This document shows, piece by piece, positions 26,030-38,603 of a DNA stretch of 47,473 nt. Both the position numbers and the translations under genes were made by a program. This stretch comes from Octopus bimaculoides (taxonomy: Eukaryota), in the NCBI RefSeq assembly GCF_001194135.2, contig NC_068981.1, positions 170,272,542 to 170,320,014 on the forward strand, read 5' to 3'. Numbering within the stretch: the first letter of the stretch is position 1; every line of letters starts with the position of its first letter. The notes under the pieces are model-generated. The model was given only the letters and a program-made list of their open reading frames with translations, had not been told where the DNA came from and did not search any database.

Positions 26030-26780
26030 AAGTAAGATTTCGGTCCAAGAAATAAGGTGGCAAAATATGCAGTTTCTTCATTTTAACGTTTGTTGAAGTT
26101 ATTTAATGATGCTATTCAAGCTGGAAAAGGAGTGATCCCTTGATCTTCACAGTTTAGCTTCGCCCGCTAGACTAAGAATGCAGATCGGGGAATATCTTTA
26201 TTGAAAACAGGTAAGTTATTTTAACACTATGTCAGTAGGGAAATAGATTAAAGATGCAGTTCTATCCAATTTCTCGGAGATACTACTCAAAGGATGATGA
26301 GCGTCTGAAAGAGAAACAAATCTTTCGAATGAAAGCGAAAGGATTATGATAGTCAGAAGATCAATAGCTGTGATCGGTATACCAATCACAGTGCGAAAAC
26401 AGAGTGCATTTGATGGACAAGATTGTTGCGGATTTGTGAATGCATTTTTGCTATCCAGTTAATATGACTCTGTTTTAAATTTGATCTATAGCAGTTATTG
26501 TAAGCACACAACAGCTTGTAGGACTTTCTGAATGAATCACTTGACGAAGAAACACTTTGAATTTTATTATTTTATTAGTAGCATGGCCTGCTTGATTATG
26601 GACCATGTATCATGCAGCACACTTCTCATATAATTTTTCCTATGTTTAATCTGCAGTGATTTCATGATTAGTTACTACACCTTTTCTGATATGCGAACAG
26701 TGCTATTTTGTAAGTCACACCTGAATGTTTTGTAAAAATTTAGCCAATCAATAATCTAGATTGAAATATTTCCTGGTGAC
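26030..26780 (+). mobile_element. Probable highly degraded piggyBac-like transposase relic
   Basis: Ordered fragments across frameshifts: VRF.SK (cf. PVRFGYK), FT...DRGI...ENR, RVHLMDKIVA (cf. GGVDLMD), FVNAFLL (cf. VNAWLL) and a Cys-rich tail. Motif matches are weak. Confidence 0.4.
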
Positions 26781-26930
26781 AGAGAAAAATGTTATTATTG
26801 TGAAACTATTTTTGATAATGACTTATAAGTGAAGTTGCCATGAGAGAACTTAGCAGAATTCAAAACTAAAACTTTTCATCGAATTGGAAAAATTTGAAGA
26901 ATGTGCTACTGTTCATGCCTGAGAGGAAAA

Positions 26931-27001
<71 letters not shown>

Positions 27002-27015
27002 ATAGTAGTAGTAGT
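26931..27015. repeat. (GTA)n microsatellite
   Basis: Tandem AGT. Confidence 0.97.
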
Positions 27016-27444
27016 GCTGAAGGAGAATTTGTTATGTTCCCACTGGAAAATTGTTTTGAGGTTTCTGCTCATGGAAGCTCTACAGGTCTAGTTGGAAGTG
27101 AATAGATTTGCGTGTACATGACACCTGTGTGCGAAATTTTAACGATGATGGATTAATGAATGTTAAGTTTTGCATGAGAGTGCATAATTTTAGAAATAAC
27201 AGTGTGTATATAACGTTACTATAGCGAAGAACATGCCATTACGATGCTCAGTAGTAAGAAATTACGATACCGAGGAGAAAAATGGGGAGATATAATCAAA
27301 CAATAGTTTACTATGCCGACAGAATGTAGGCTGTCTAGAACACAAAATTTATTTTGGGTAAATTCATTATTTCATCGATATTCCTTTTTGTATAATAAGG
27401 TTACGAACACACTCTGCTCTTCTGATGTAAACCTTTTATATTTT

Positions 27445-27620
27445 TTTATTGCCGAACCTCTAAGTTACAGGGATATAAACACACCAGGACCAGTTGTCAA
27501 ACTGTCGTAGTTTTTGTCTCCCAAATCCACCCATAAAACGTCGGTCGGCACGAAGCTATAGTAGAAGATACTCACCATGGAGCCACGCAGTGTGACTGAA
27601 CCCAGAACCATGTAGTCTTG
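27445..27620 (-). mobile_element. SINE family A, internally deleted copy
   Basis: Contains GCCGAACC.CTAAGTTAC and CTATAGTAGAAGA.ACT...CCACGCAGTG.GACTGAACCC.GAACCATGT, shared with 36405-36747. Confidence 0.75.
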
Positions 27621-27934
27621 TAAATATATACGGTAAATATAAAGCAGACTACGACAGTCAATAAATGTTTAGTGTCGAAAGAACGATTTTATTGTGAAGA
27701 AGTATGCTTCGAAACAGAGTAGATTTGGGTTTGACCCTAGTATAGAGTTATTCGGCAAATTTTTGTGTTCACCAAGGTTTCGTATTGATGAAGTGTTAGG
27801 TTTCTCATTTTGTGGGTTAAAAAAGACGAGAGAGGAAGCGAGAAAGAAGCAAAGGAAGAAACCAATAATAAGTATTTGCAAGTGGGTTGAGAAAGGGAGA
27901 GATGTAGTTTAATTATCAAAAGGCTTCATGATAA

Positions 27935-28730
27935 CACTGGAGAACAAAGATTTTGCTACAGGCGTAAAAACAGGTGTTTTAGACTTTAGACTAAATCAAG
28001 AATGCTGATTCCGAATCCGCACTCAGAATTGTTGTAGCACGTCAGAATTTTGAGTTATGCGCATGCGCAAGAATGCTCATTATTTAGTTTAGCAATAGAA
28101 TCGCGCTGAAGTATTGTGTGCAATACCAAATACATCAGTTTGTTCTTGGTAACTCTCAGTGTCGTTTGCGCTGCCGTCACGTGTGGTGTGTATATCTCTC
28201 GCTCTGCGTGATTACTGTTTTAACTGTGTCCATTGTGTTAGATCATATATAAGAGAGGCTGTGTGAATCACCCAGACAAAGTTTGATATGTTTGTGGAAA
28301 ATTTGCTCCCCGTGATCAGCGGAGGAACATTGCCACCAAATTAAAAATTGCCCATAAATATTATTTCGAATGTGAAGTTGGGGACCAAGAAAAGAGGTGC
28401 GCACCTCATATATGCTGCACCGTGTATTCCTCAGGATTTACACAGTGGCTGAATGGAAAACGGAAGGTAATGCCTTTTGCTGTACGAATGATATGGCGTG
28501 AGCCAACTAATCATGTCTCTGATAGTTACTTTTGCATGACTAAAGTTGGTGGTTTCTCAAAGAAGACCAAAGCAAAAATTGTGTATGCAGACTGTAAGTC
28601 TGCTCTAAAACAGGTCCCACTTGATTTCGAGAACCCTATCCCAGTTCCCCTTTCACATGCTTCACCTGAAAATCTTGACACATAGCACGATGAACCCTTG
28701 ACTCTCCTATCGACGAAGGAGTGCATCATG
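27935..28730 (+). mobile_element. 5' part of a CMC-superfamily DNA transposon (Chapaev-3-like)
   Basis: Starts TAA|CACTGGAGAACAAA (CAC terminus). From 28254: RGCVNHPDKV*YVCGK...YFECEVGDQEKRCAPHICC...WLNGKRKVMPFAVRMIWREPTNHVSDSYFC...PVP, the Cys/His-rich N-terminal domain I recognise from Chapaev-3 transposases. Catalytic domain absent. Confidence 0.72.
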
Positions 28731-28775
28731 CGATAAGGTGGATAACAGGAAATTATTGTAAATAATCCTTCCTTA

Positions 28776-28945
28776 TTTGGCAGAATGTTGGCGAATTTGA
28801 GAGGTGGGTAGGTCCATTACATCGACACCAGTACTCAGCTGGTACTTATTTTATCGACTCTAACATGAGGAAAAGCAAAGTCGACCTCGGTGGTATTTAA
28901 ACTCTCTGAACGTAAAGAGTCGGAAAAGGTGCCGCTAAGCGTTTA
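28776..28945 (-). mobile_element. SINE family C copy
   Basis: TACATCGACACCAGTACTCAGCTGGTACTTATTTTATCGAC...AAAGTCGACCTCGGTGGTATTTAAACTC, homologous to the other copies. Confidence 0.8.
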
Positions 28946-29786
28946 TGTATGTATGTATGTATGTATGGATGGATGGTTGGTTGGATGGATGGATAGATGG
29001 ATATATGTTTGCATGCAAGTATGTATGTATACACACACACGCACAGCCTGTGTGTGTGTGTGTGTGTGTGTTTACAACACAATAAATCTACTAAAATATT
29101 TTTCTCAGAAAATTCAAGTTTCATGTATACTTCTCTTTGTATGTGAGCGTGTGAGGTTGTTGTTCAGAGAGAGAGAGGTAGAGAGAGGGAGAGAGAGGGG
29201 GAGGAGAGAAGAGAGAGCGAAGAGAGAGAAATAATGAGAGAGTGTGAGAGATATTTGTTTTCCCAAAAAATTTGCAGGAATTGAAGTATTTTTAAGATAA
29301 ACTCTATAGGCATGTTGAAAGATGGATATAGACTGAATATTAAGGTCATCGTTAATGTCATTGTTGTGACAGAGAAATGTAAATGCAAAAGAGCAGGCTA
29401 CTTGACAAAGTGAAAGCGAAAGTCAAAAGCGAAACAAATACTTTAATACAATATATGATATGCTCAGCTATCATACGTGAATCAAAAATAAATCAGAATA
29501 TCACATATAAGCGTTAGTTTGTATAAATATGGCATTATATTATTTCTATCAGAAGCAAACAAGAGACCGCTTGCTGTCATAATTGAATTTAGAGAAACTT
29601 CGCTATGGATTGTCTTTCGATCATCCAAATGGCTTCCGATTCTATTTGCAAATGAATCTATCTATCTATCTACTTATCTATCTGACTCTCCCCCCCCTCT
29701 CTCTCTTTCTACTCACAAACAGATGTATAAATATACATGCATGCATGTTCACACACACACACACACACGCACACACACACACACAC

Positions 29787-29826
<40 letters not shown>

Positions 29827-31189
29827 NNNNNNNNNNNNNNNNNNNNNNNNNNNNNNNNNNNNNNNNNNNNNNNNNNNNNNNNNNNNNNNNNNNNNNNNTA
29901 TATATACATCCCACATGAAGATACACATTGGCTCTATATATATATCTCTGTCTCGTTTACAGATTTCAGTAGTCTTGCAGTTTCATGTTTATGCATTGCG
30001 AGTTTGTGCAGACATACAAAGTCAAGATGAAAGTCAATAGAAAGTGAGTTTCTAGTGTGAAACAAGTTTTATATTTGCTTACATATCTGTGTAGTTAAGA
30101 CGAAACATATTCTCCTTTCGAACACATCAACGTTCGCTTTTAAGGCATTTATACTATTATACAGTCAGTCAATATCACAGCTACGTATTTGTGATTGAGT
30201 GCTTTCTGTTTTGATTCTTTCGATGTTGCAAGCTGCGACAGAATTTATGACAAAAATTTATTATAAAATGTTCGACGAATCATTTCGAATCATTCGTGCC
30301 GAATACAAATCAGACTTTTTTAGAATACGAGGTATATATATATACATACATGCATAGGTGAGTGCTTTGCGTTTATGTCTTCCACCAGGTTGCTTTGCGT
30401 TTATATTTTTCAATGCATGGATACACACAGCGTTTCTATTTCTCCGTTTTTCCTTCTCCGTTCTTAATTTCTCCATTTATATCCTATCTTTCAGAAAAAG
30501 AGTGTATACTCAAAATGTTAAAGACACTTTCTTCTTGTTCTCTTCCCAATTCATGAGCCTCGCACTAATATATTTTTCTAGGTTGATTTTTCACCACCTT
30601 TGCACTATACATACATAAAAACACACACGCATACATACACACACGCGCATATTATATATAGCTAACCTTTATAAAACCGATCTAAGGAGAATGGTAGTAT
30701 GACCTAATTCCTTAGAACTACAACTAGCCATTGTCTACTGTCATCGTAGTTTAACCTCAAGCTATTTTTTAGAAAGGGATCCAAAAGACACACATGCTGA
30801 CAAATACGAAGCGCACATAGCATCCTGCTATCTCCCTTTGTAAGCAACTCTCCCTGCATTAGGATGTGAACGAATATTTGTCAATTTTTGTTTGAAGAGA
30901 TTTTTACCCTTTAAATGCATAATGCCGTCTTAATTGCAAAATATGAATGAAGGTTAGAAATTGAAACGTACGTAGGCGATATAAAATTGACTGTTATATA
31001 AATAAATTGAATTTTTTTTCTGTGTTCAAACTCCCCGTTTTCCTTATATTATATACATATGTCCAATTCGGTGGTTATAGAAATGAAAATTTATCGGGAT
31101 GTATGTGTTACGGTTTATATAAAGTAGGACTGTTTAATCAGGTAGTAAAAATACTTGAAAGGAATAAGTCTATATATTACCAGAGTTGC

Positions 31190-31370
31190 CTGCGATGAAG
31201 TATCGTTGTCCATATCGATCTCCAGATCGCGATCTCTGTTTCACTCTGGGATCGCTGCTCCTTTTGGACCAAAGTAACTTTCTTGCGGCGCTGTAGTACA
31301 AGCTGGCAGATACCGGATTAAATTGCATGTTGTTTTCTTCAAGCCGTTTATATATAGCGTCTAGATCTTT
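31190..31370 (-). mobile_element. CR1/L2-like LINE RT C-terminal fragment
   Basis: KDLDAIYKRLEENNMQFNP (cf. LQ.DLD.+..W...N.M.FN), then after a frameshift GAAIPE*..RDLEIDM (cf. .RDLGV). Confidence 0.7.
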
Positions 31371-32254
31371 ATTTATGTATATGTAGACAGAGAGAGAGAG
31401 AGGGACAGAGAGAGAGAGAAACAGAGAGAGAGGGGGGTCTGTATATGCGTGAGAGAGAGAGAGAGAGAGAGCGGGGGTCTGTATATGCGNNNNNNNNNNN
31501 NNNNNNNNNNNNNNNNNNNNNNNNNNNNNNNNNNNNNNNNNNNNNNNNNNNNNNNNNNNNNNNNNNNNNNNNNNNNNNNNNNNNNNNNNNNNNNNNNNNN
31601 NNNNNNNNNNNNNNNNNNNNNNNNNNNNNNNNNNNNNNNNNNNNNNNNNNNNNNNNNNNNNNNNNNNNNNNNNNNNNNNNNNNNNNNNNNNNNNNNNNNN
31701 NNNNNNNNNNNNNNNNNNNNNNNNNNNNNNNNNNNNNNNNNNNNNNNNNNNNNNNNNNNNNNNNNNNNNNNNNNNNNNNNNNNNNNNNNNNNNNNNNNNN
31801 NNNNNNNNNNNNNNNNNNNNNNNNNNNNNNNNNNNNNNNNNNNNNNNNNNNNNNNNNNNNNNNNNNNNNNNNNNNNNNNNNNNNNNNNNNNNNNNNNNNN
31901 NNNNNNNNNNNNNNNNNNNNNNNNNNNNNNNNNNNNNNNNNNNNNNNNNNNNNNNNNNNNNNNNNNNNNNNNNNNNNNNNNNNNNNNNNNNNNNNNNNNN
32001 NNNNNNNNNNNNNNNNNNNNNNNNNNNNNNNNNNNNNNNNNNNNNNNNNNNNNNNNNNNNNNNNNNNNNNNNNNNNNNNNNNNNNNNNNNNNNNNNNNNN
32101 NNNNNNNNNNNNNNNNNNNNNNNNNNNNNNNNNNNNNNNNNNNNNNNNNNNNNNNNNNNNNNNNNNNNNNNNNNNNNNNNNNNNNNNNNNNNNNNNNNNN
32201 NNNNNNNNNNNNNNNNNNNNNNNNNNNNNNNNNNNNNNNNNNNNNNNNNNNNNN

Positions 32255-32330
<76 letters not shown>

Positions 32331-35300
32331 AATTTATCATAATTTTTTCTTGAAACTCCGATTACATTTCTGTCAGAATTGTCCTTATTACTCAGTTTCT
32401 ACGACGCTCAGAAATCCGTGTTATTTTTTCCGTATGCACTAGAAACCGTAGTGTTTATCGTTACCTTTATGTAATCATGTTCTGCTGCTTTTTGTATTTT
32501 ATAGTCGATATTTATTATCATCGATTACTTATTGCCACTTAGTCATATTTTATTACAGTGTTTTTCATTGCCTTTTCGTGTTGATATAGTCATTACTTTT
32601 GTCATACTTTATGGTATTTTAGTTAAAATGTTGTAGTAATTAGTACTTAGGAAACTATATCAATAACAATTTTTGAGAATGAAGTAGTAATGAAAGGAAA
32701 ATAAGAAAATAAGTACTGGCTTCCGGTCAGTTACAAACAATATTGTAATTAAATGTAAAACGTTTTTACAAAACTATCTTTTTAGTATGCATATGGCCAA
32801 AGAAATATAACACTTAAGCTATTCACAACTATATTTATCACGTATTATGTCTTGTTATTTTCCAACTATATATTTATGATTTTTAAATATTGACAATTTG
32901 CCTTCTTTTTTAAAGGAATATTCTCTTATGTCACATGGAGCGCATGAATTAATAGTGAAATAGTGAAGTGAATGTCAGAAAAAGAAAGCTAAAGAGGCTA
33001 GTTTTAAATCATTTAAAAATCTATGCTCGATTCACGATTCAATGTATCTTAAGGCTGGATGATGGCTAGGTTTTATCAAAAGACTGAGCTTATAGGTCTC
33101 CAAATGATACAGCTGATATTTGTTCTTCTAGTATGCAGAAGAAGAAATAGTGGAAATAATATAAGTAATGCAGATGAACATGTTGACGGGGACTTTGACC
33201 ATTGTATTGTAAATTAAATGAGAGACGTTAAGGAGAAATATTTTGCATATTTTATATGTTGTTTCTATCTCAATAATGCACGTTCTTCACAATTTGGAAA
33301 TATTCAAGAGATAATGCTTCTTTCCAGAACAAAGATAGATTTCTTGTTTTGAGACAGTACATATTTCAGTACTGTGAAGAAGTGTGACCCCGTTTCACAG
33401 AAAAATTTAAGCCGAACATTTCTTTAGATTTGTTAGTAAGATTCATACAGAACGCTGATCAAATCTGATCAATGTTGCAGATTCTCAATTATGCATATAT
33501 AAAAGGAATTTGATCTATAGCTATTCGATAACTATAACACATATACCAGGTTAAAATCAACGCTGAAAACGGTATCATTTATTATACATATTGAAGGTAG
33601 CCCATTAACACGACTGAGAGTAATAAATCAATGGGACACTGAAACAAAATGCTTATTACACGAGAAAGAGTGCTGACAATAATTGAACCGTGCATGTTAT
33701 CTACATAGCAGCAGGTAGGAGAGATATCTATAAAAAATGACTTTATAGAAAAAGAATATTAAAATAAAACGTAAATTTGTGTAGTCAGATAGTTCAGTTT
33801 AACAGTTACAATAAACACTGTTCTGAAGATAGTAAATTTAGTTGGGACAACAATAATGCTGATTTAAAGTAAGCATCATCCATACGGTAACCGAATGAAG
33901 AATTACATTATACTTTTGTAAAACTTCAACTTATCTTCATTAATCAGGGGGGTGAGAAAAACAATCTCCATGCATTTCCGATCTATTATCAGATTAGAGG
34001 ATATTTAATAAAGCGTCTATGCACTACACAACAAAGTATTAAATGGAAGTTGTTCCAACAGTAAAATCTGGGTTGGAAGTGGGTGGTTCACATGCTACTT
34101 AACCCACAGTTGGGATCCTACGAAATACTACTCCGCCTGGTCAGAATCGACCTAGCAACAGTATTGACTAAGAAGTGGTTCTGCTCTCCTTAAAACTTTG
34201 GAACTCACGTACAAACGCCCCACTACCGGATGTAGTTTAAATTCTTAGCCAGGACTCCTGATAATCAGACTTGCTCAGCGAATCTTCTGCGGCGGTCGTA
34301 GTCTAATACTATATGAGCTGCTACGGATCACACAATCCCGAAGTGTTTATGCATGTGAGCTTGTATTGCCACTAGAGCCACGTGTGAGCTTGTATTCTCA
34401 CTAGAAAAACTCTGAATATGAACTCTTCTCAACAACGAAGAACAACTACGGCTACGGCACCCGACGCAGTGAGGCATTTGTCAAATTTCCAAATTGGATA
34501 TTTGGTAGCAGACAGAAGCCATACTTTGCTTTTTGCCTGCTGGAACTTTTGAGCCGACCGTCGAAAGCGATCAGCTAACACAACTCACCACAGGTAAAAG
34601 ACTCCGCAAGTGCAAGTAAGTACTATAGTTACATAAAGTACCTAGAACATGTCTACAAAGACTTACTCAACAAATGGACAAAGTAGCAATTATTATAACA
34701 CACCATTTAGTTTACTAGTAACGGCAACCATTAAAATGAGGTTCTTAACCTTCATGTCTTCACGCTTTCAAACTTATCAAATATATCCTAACGTTTTCAA
34801 TTGTAATTTTGCCAATGTCGGCTGATCAAGCAATGGAGAATCAAGTTTAGAAACATGACAAACTCTCTAGAAATGCTATAATTCTAACAAGACTGTAAGT
34901 AACAATATAAGTATTTTCTTAAGAGTATTTGCCGATTCAGGAGATTCGTATTCAAAATCGATGAAAAAGATATTGACAGCAAGAAAAAATAGATACCGCG
35001 CTTAGTAAATATATGATAAAAACTTGATGTACCTATTTCAGAAGCAAAATAACTTTATAGCAATGTCAGAACTGGCAGCGACTTCGGCAAAACGATGAAC
35101 TTGTGGTGTCCCACCGAAAAACCCAAGATATACATCCTGTCGATAAATGTATCAATCAAGGGAAATGAACGATTTCTTTTCTATTTGTTTGCATTAGAGA
35201 AAATATAATTTGAAGCATATTAGTCTTCTCGATATAGTCCATTTAACAATTAGTTTAACAGCTGCAAAACATGACATCTTAAATAAGACACGCAAAACAG

Positions 35301-36404
35301 GATCGTCGAATGAAATTCTTTATGATCTAATATTTACATACATATGTTGAAGAGGAATTTTAGTTTTCATGCAAATATACTAAATTTCAAGGACCAAACC
35401 CGGCTATTCAATGAGTAGTCGGATATGCTCTTTACTTTCAAACGCTTTCAATTCAAAGTTTTATGCAATGATTATCACTTCAAAGTGTTGAGCCCAAATT
35501 GATTCTCATAACTGTGAAGAACACCTGATGTACTTTAGTATTCCATGAAACAAATTTGCATACGGGAGATGAGGCGAAACCTTTCCCTTTCCACGCGGGA
35601 TTCATCAATGAAGTACAGTAATAAACGGAAATACTTAATCTTTAAACATTTTATCCGTTTTTGAGGGGTTAGATTAAGTACCATAAGAAAAAAAACATAA
35701 TGTTGAACGAGACAGAGTTGGACTGCTTAAGTGCTCCATTATTTTCAATAAACATATTGATACCTCACTTATTCAGATGTCATAGTATGATAACACAGGG
35801 CGTTGATAATACCAGAGCTGCGTAACAAAGGATGCCAATAAGAATGGTTACCTTTGCTAACAACTACCGCTGCAACCATAGCAAAATCAGAAATTCAATT
35901 TCCATTGAATAATACTAAGTTAAACTACTCCTCTGGAATAAATCACCCCGACTAAACATCTAACCCTGATTAACCCTATTGCGTGTAATCCTAACTGATT
36001 TATTATCGCTAATCCTGTAAGATTTACGGTGTATTCTACCGCTTGATTAATTTCTATCTCTCAATTATTCTAATTACTAGCGAAATAATTACCTCCATTG
36101 TATGTTATCTTCCTCTTGATAGTAACCCTCAATCGAATTTACAAATACAGTTACAATTAGCCACTTGCTAATAATCCCCATTGTCTCATTTGGTTATTGC
36201 ACAATCTTTGCTTAGTTTACGTGTTCCTTTCCGTAATATTTATGAGTGATCAGTCTCAATGAATGGCATATCTTCTTGATATTCCCCCAAATGCAATTGG
36301 CTTTTGATCAAAATTTCTGTGCTCGCAGAAGTGTAGCACGTGGATATTCCCAACAACAAAAGTGTATCAACTAAATAGTTCATATATATATGTATTCACA
36401 CTTT

Positions 36405-36747
36405 TAATCTCTTAATTGTTTGAATCATTTGACTGCAGCCATACTGGAGCACCGACTTGAAGAGTTTTAGTCGAACAAGATCCCAGGTCTTACTTTTAAA
36501 CCTAAGAGTTATTCTATCCGAATCTTTTGCCGAACCGCTAAGTTACGTGGACGTAAATATCGTTTGTCGAGCGGTAATGAGAGAACAAACACAGACACAA
36601 ACACGCACACACACATTCGACGGACTAGTTCCAGTTTCCGTCTAGCAAGTCCACTCACAAGGTTTTGGGCAGCCCGAGTCTATAGTAGGAGACAATTGCC
36701 CGGAACCACATGTTGCAGAGAATGAAGCTTCTTACCACACAGCCACG
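36405..36747 (-). mobile_element. Near full-length tRNA-derived SINE, family A, with internal (CA)-rich tract
   Basis: Minus-strand head GTGGCTGTGTGGTAAGAAGCTT...ATGTGGTTCCGGG; tail ...CCAGTATGGCTGCAGTCAAATGATTCAAAC; homologous pieces at 37400-37585 and 37735-37941. Confidence 0.82.
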
Positions 36748-36769
36748 TTATATATATATATAAATATAT

Positions 36770-37335
36770 AAAAACAAAAAGATAAAGAGAGCAAAGGTAA
36801 GGTTGGAGAAGTATTTTATGGATAGAGTCTTACAGCTGTTTCTGGGAAGATCTAGTACTTCCCTTCATCGGAGACAGAAAAAATAAAGTAATCTATTATT
36901 ATATCCATAGGCGGATATTTTTAGTATGAAGTGGTAAAGAGTGTGATGTGCTGAAAAAGCGAACAGTACTTCAAGTTTAGTTTCATTCCAGTGGTGAATA
37001 TCCGTGTAGAGATCCGTGCAAAGTAATCCTTGTGTGCATAATCCGGAAATTTATGTTGGAGCGAAAGTTGATATAGCATAGATAGCAGAGGTACATATAT
37101 TCCATATTGCGATGGATTTTTGCTTGTTTACTTGAAGAATGGCCAAGTCAAGTGAAAAGTGAGCGGTAATTAGGTCAAGTCATGAAGACAGAATGTGAAA
37201 GGGGATAGAGGAGAGATAGAGGCGGAGGATGGTAGCGATATATTTATGGTCAGTTTGTCTTAACAGGGTAGAGGGAATGAGCATATAGAGTGAAGGAGGA
37301 ATAGGGGGATGAGGTTAAAAGGTCTATTCCTATTC
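36770..37335 (-). mobile_element. ORF-less hammerhead-bearing element between microsatellites (Penelope pseudo-LTR or retrozyme-like)
   Basis: About 565 bp bounded by (TA)n at 36748 and (CA)n(TA)n at 37336; pyrimidine-rich 5' part and U-rich 3' end on the minus strand; contains the hammerhead fold listed next. Class assignment is inference. Confidence 0.5.
36827..36875 (-). ncRNA. Type I hammerhead ribozyme-like motif (minimal, variant core)
   Basis: Minus strand: GTCT-CCGATGA-A-GGGAAG-tactagat-CTTCCC-A-GAA-AC-AGCT-GT-A-AGAC. Stem I 4 bp, stem II 6 bp, palindromic stem III ACAGCTGT, GUA cleavage triplet. Confidence 0.75.
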
Positions 37336-37399
<64 letters not shown>

Positions 37400-37404
<5 letters not shown>

Positions 37405-37585
37405 GACGGTCTTCTTCCAGGTTCTGTCTGCCAAATCCATTCACAAGAGTTTGGTTGAGCCGAAGCTGCAGTAGAGTTTCTGACCTACTGCGTAGCCTTT
37501 CATTACCCACAGTGGAGGGGTGCCCCAAACGATGTTCTTTGTAAGTAAACTTCTGGCCACAAATCTACGCCTGCACCTCTGTACA
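37400..37585 (-). mobile_element. SINE family A, 5' half (diverged)
   Basis: CGACGG.CTTCTT.CAG.TTC.GTCT.CCAAATCCA.TCACAAG matches 36617-36660. Confidence 0.65.
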
Positions 37586-37734
37586 CATACGTACATACAT
37601 ACATACATACATACATACATACATACATACGTACATGTGCATGTTTGTGTGTGCGTGTGTGCGTGCGTGTGAGTGTATGTGTGTGTGTATTTGTATATAT
37701 ACATATTTATACTTATGTATATATACTCTTTTAT

Positions 37735-37941
37735 TCTTTTATTTGTTTCAGTCATTTGACTGTGGCCATGCTGGAGCACTGCAATTTTAGTCGAACAAAC
37801 CGACCCCAGGACTTATTGTTTCGAAGCCTAGTACTTATTCTATCGGTCTGGTATTGCTGAACCGCTAAGTTACATGGACGTAAATACACCAACATTGGTT
37901 GTCAAGCGATGGTGGGGGGACAAACGCAGACAGACAAGCAC
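37735..37941 (-). mobile_element. SINE family A, 3' half running into a gap
   Basis: GTTTCAGTCATTTGACTGTGGCCATGCTGGAGCAC...CCTAGTACTTATTCTATCGGTCT...GAACCGCTAAGTTAC, homologous to 36420-36600. Confidence 0.85.
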
Positions 37942-38200
37942 NNNNNNNNNNNNNNNNNNNNNNNNNNNNNNNNNNNNNNNNNNNNNNNNNNNNNNNNNNN
38001 NNNNNNNNNNNNNNNNNNNNNNNNNNNNNNNNNNNNNNNNNNNNNNNNNNNNNNNNNNNNNNNNNNNNNNNNNNNNNNNNNNNNNNNNNNNNNNNNNNNN
38101 NNNNNNNNNNNNNNNNNNNNNNNNNNNNNNNNNNNNNNNNNNNNNNNNNNNNNNNATATATATATATATATATATATATATATACTGTTTTGTAATAGTG

Positions 38201-38603
38201 CAAACAGAGATCAGGGGAGAAGTGTATCAAAATATTCGTGGTTACATACATTCCCATAATTCAAACATTGGTAAAAGAGTTATCATACTTCCAACATTCA
38301 CAGAAGGCCTACGATGGATGCAGAAACTGTACGAAGATTCAATGTAATTTTTCGAAAGTTAAGAAAACCATATTTCTTCTTCCGTTTCGCCTGTAATTCC
38401 CGATGGAAAGAAATCACAAACAAACTTTATCCAGGACAGACACCGGCTCACAGACTAGATATGATTAAAGATATTTAATATGAAACCTAGGATTTTCTTT
38501 CGTGACATTTTGGAGAAGAACATATTGGGAGACATTGCAGGGTACATGTGAACCAAAGAAATTCAAAAGAAAGGACTACTCTATTGTCATATTTTGTGCA
38601 TAT
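38201..38603 (+). mobile_element. Helitron Rep (HUH) domain fragment, pseudogenised
   Basis: QTEIRGEVYQ...IGKRVIILPTFTEGLRWMQKLYEDSM, RKLRKPYFFFRFACNSRWKEIT.KLYPGQTPAHRLD (cf. GKPDLFITFTCNP.W.EI) and EIQKKGLLYCHIL at 38558 (cf. EFQKRGLPHAH, HUH motif 2). Confidence 0.88.

Noticed and set aside
33220-33600. Gypsy-like RNase H relic (YSYSITITHIPG*N)
   Set aside because: Only one short motif among many stops; insufficient support.
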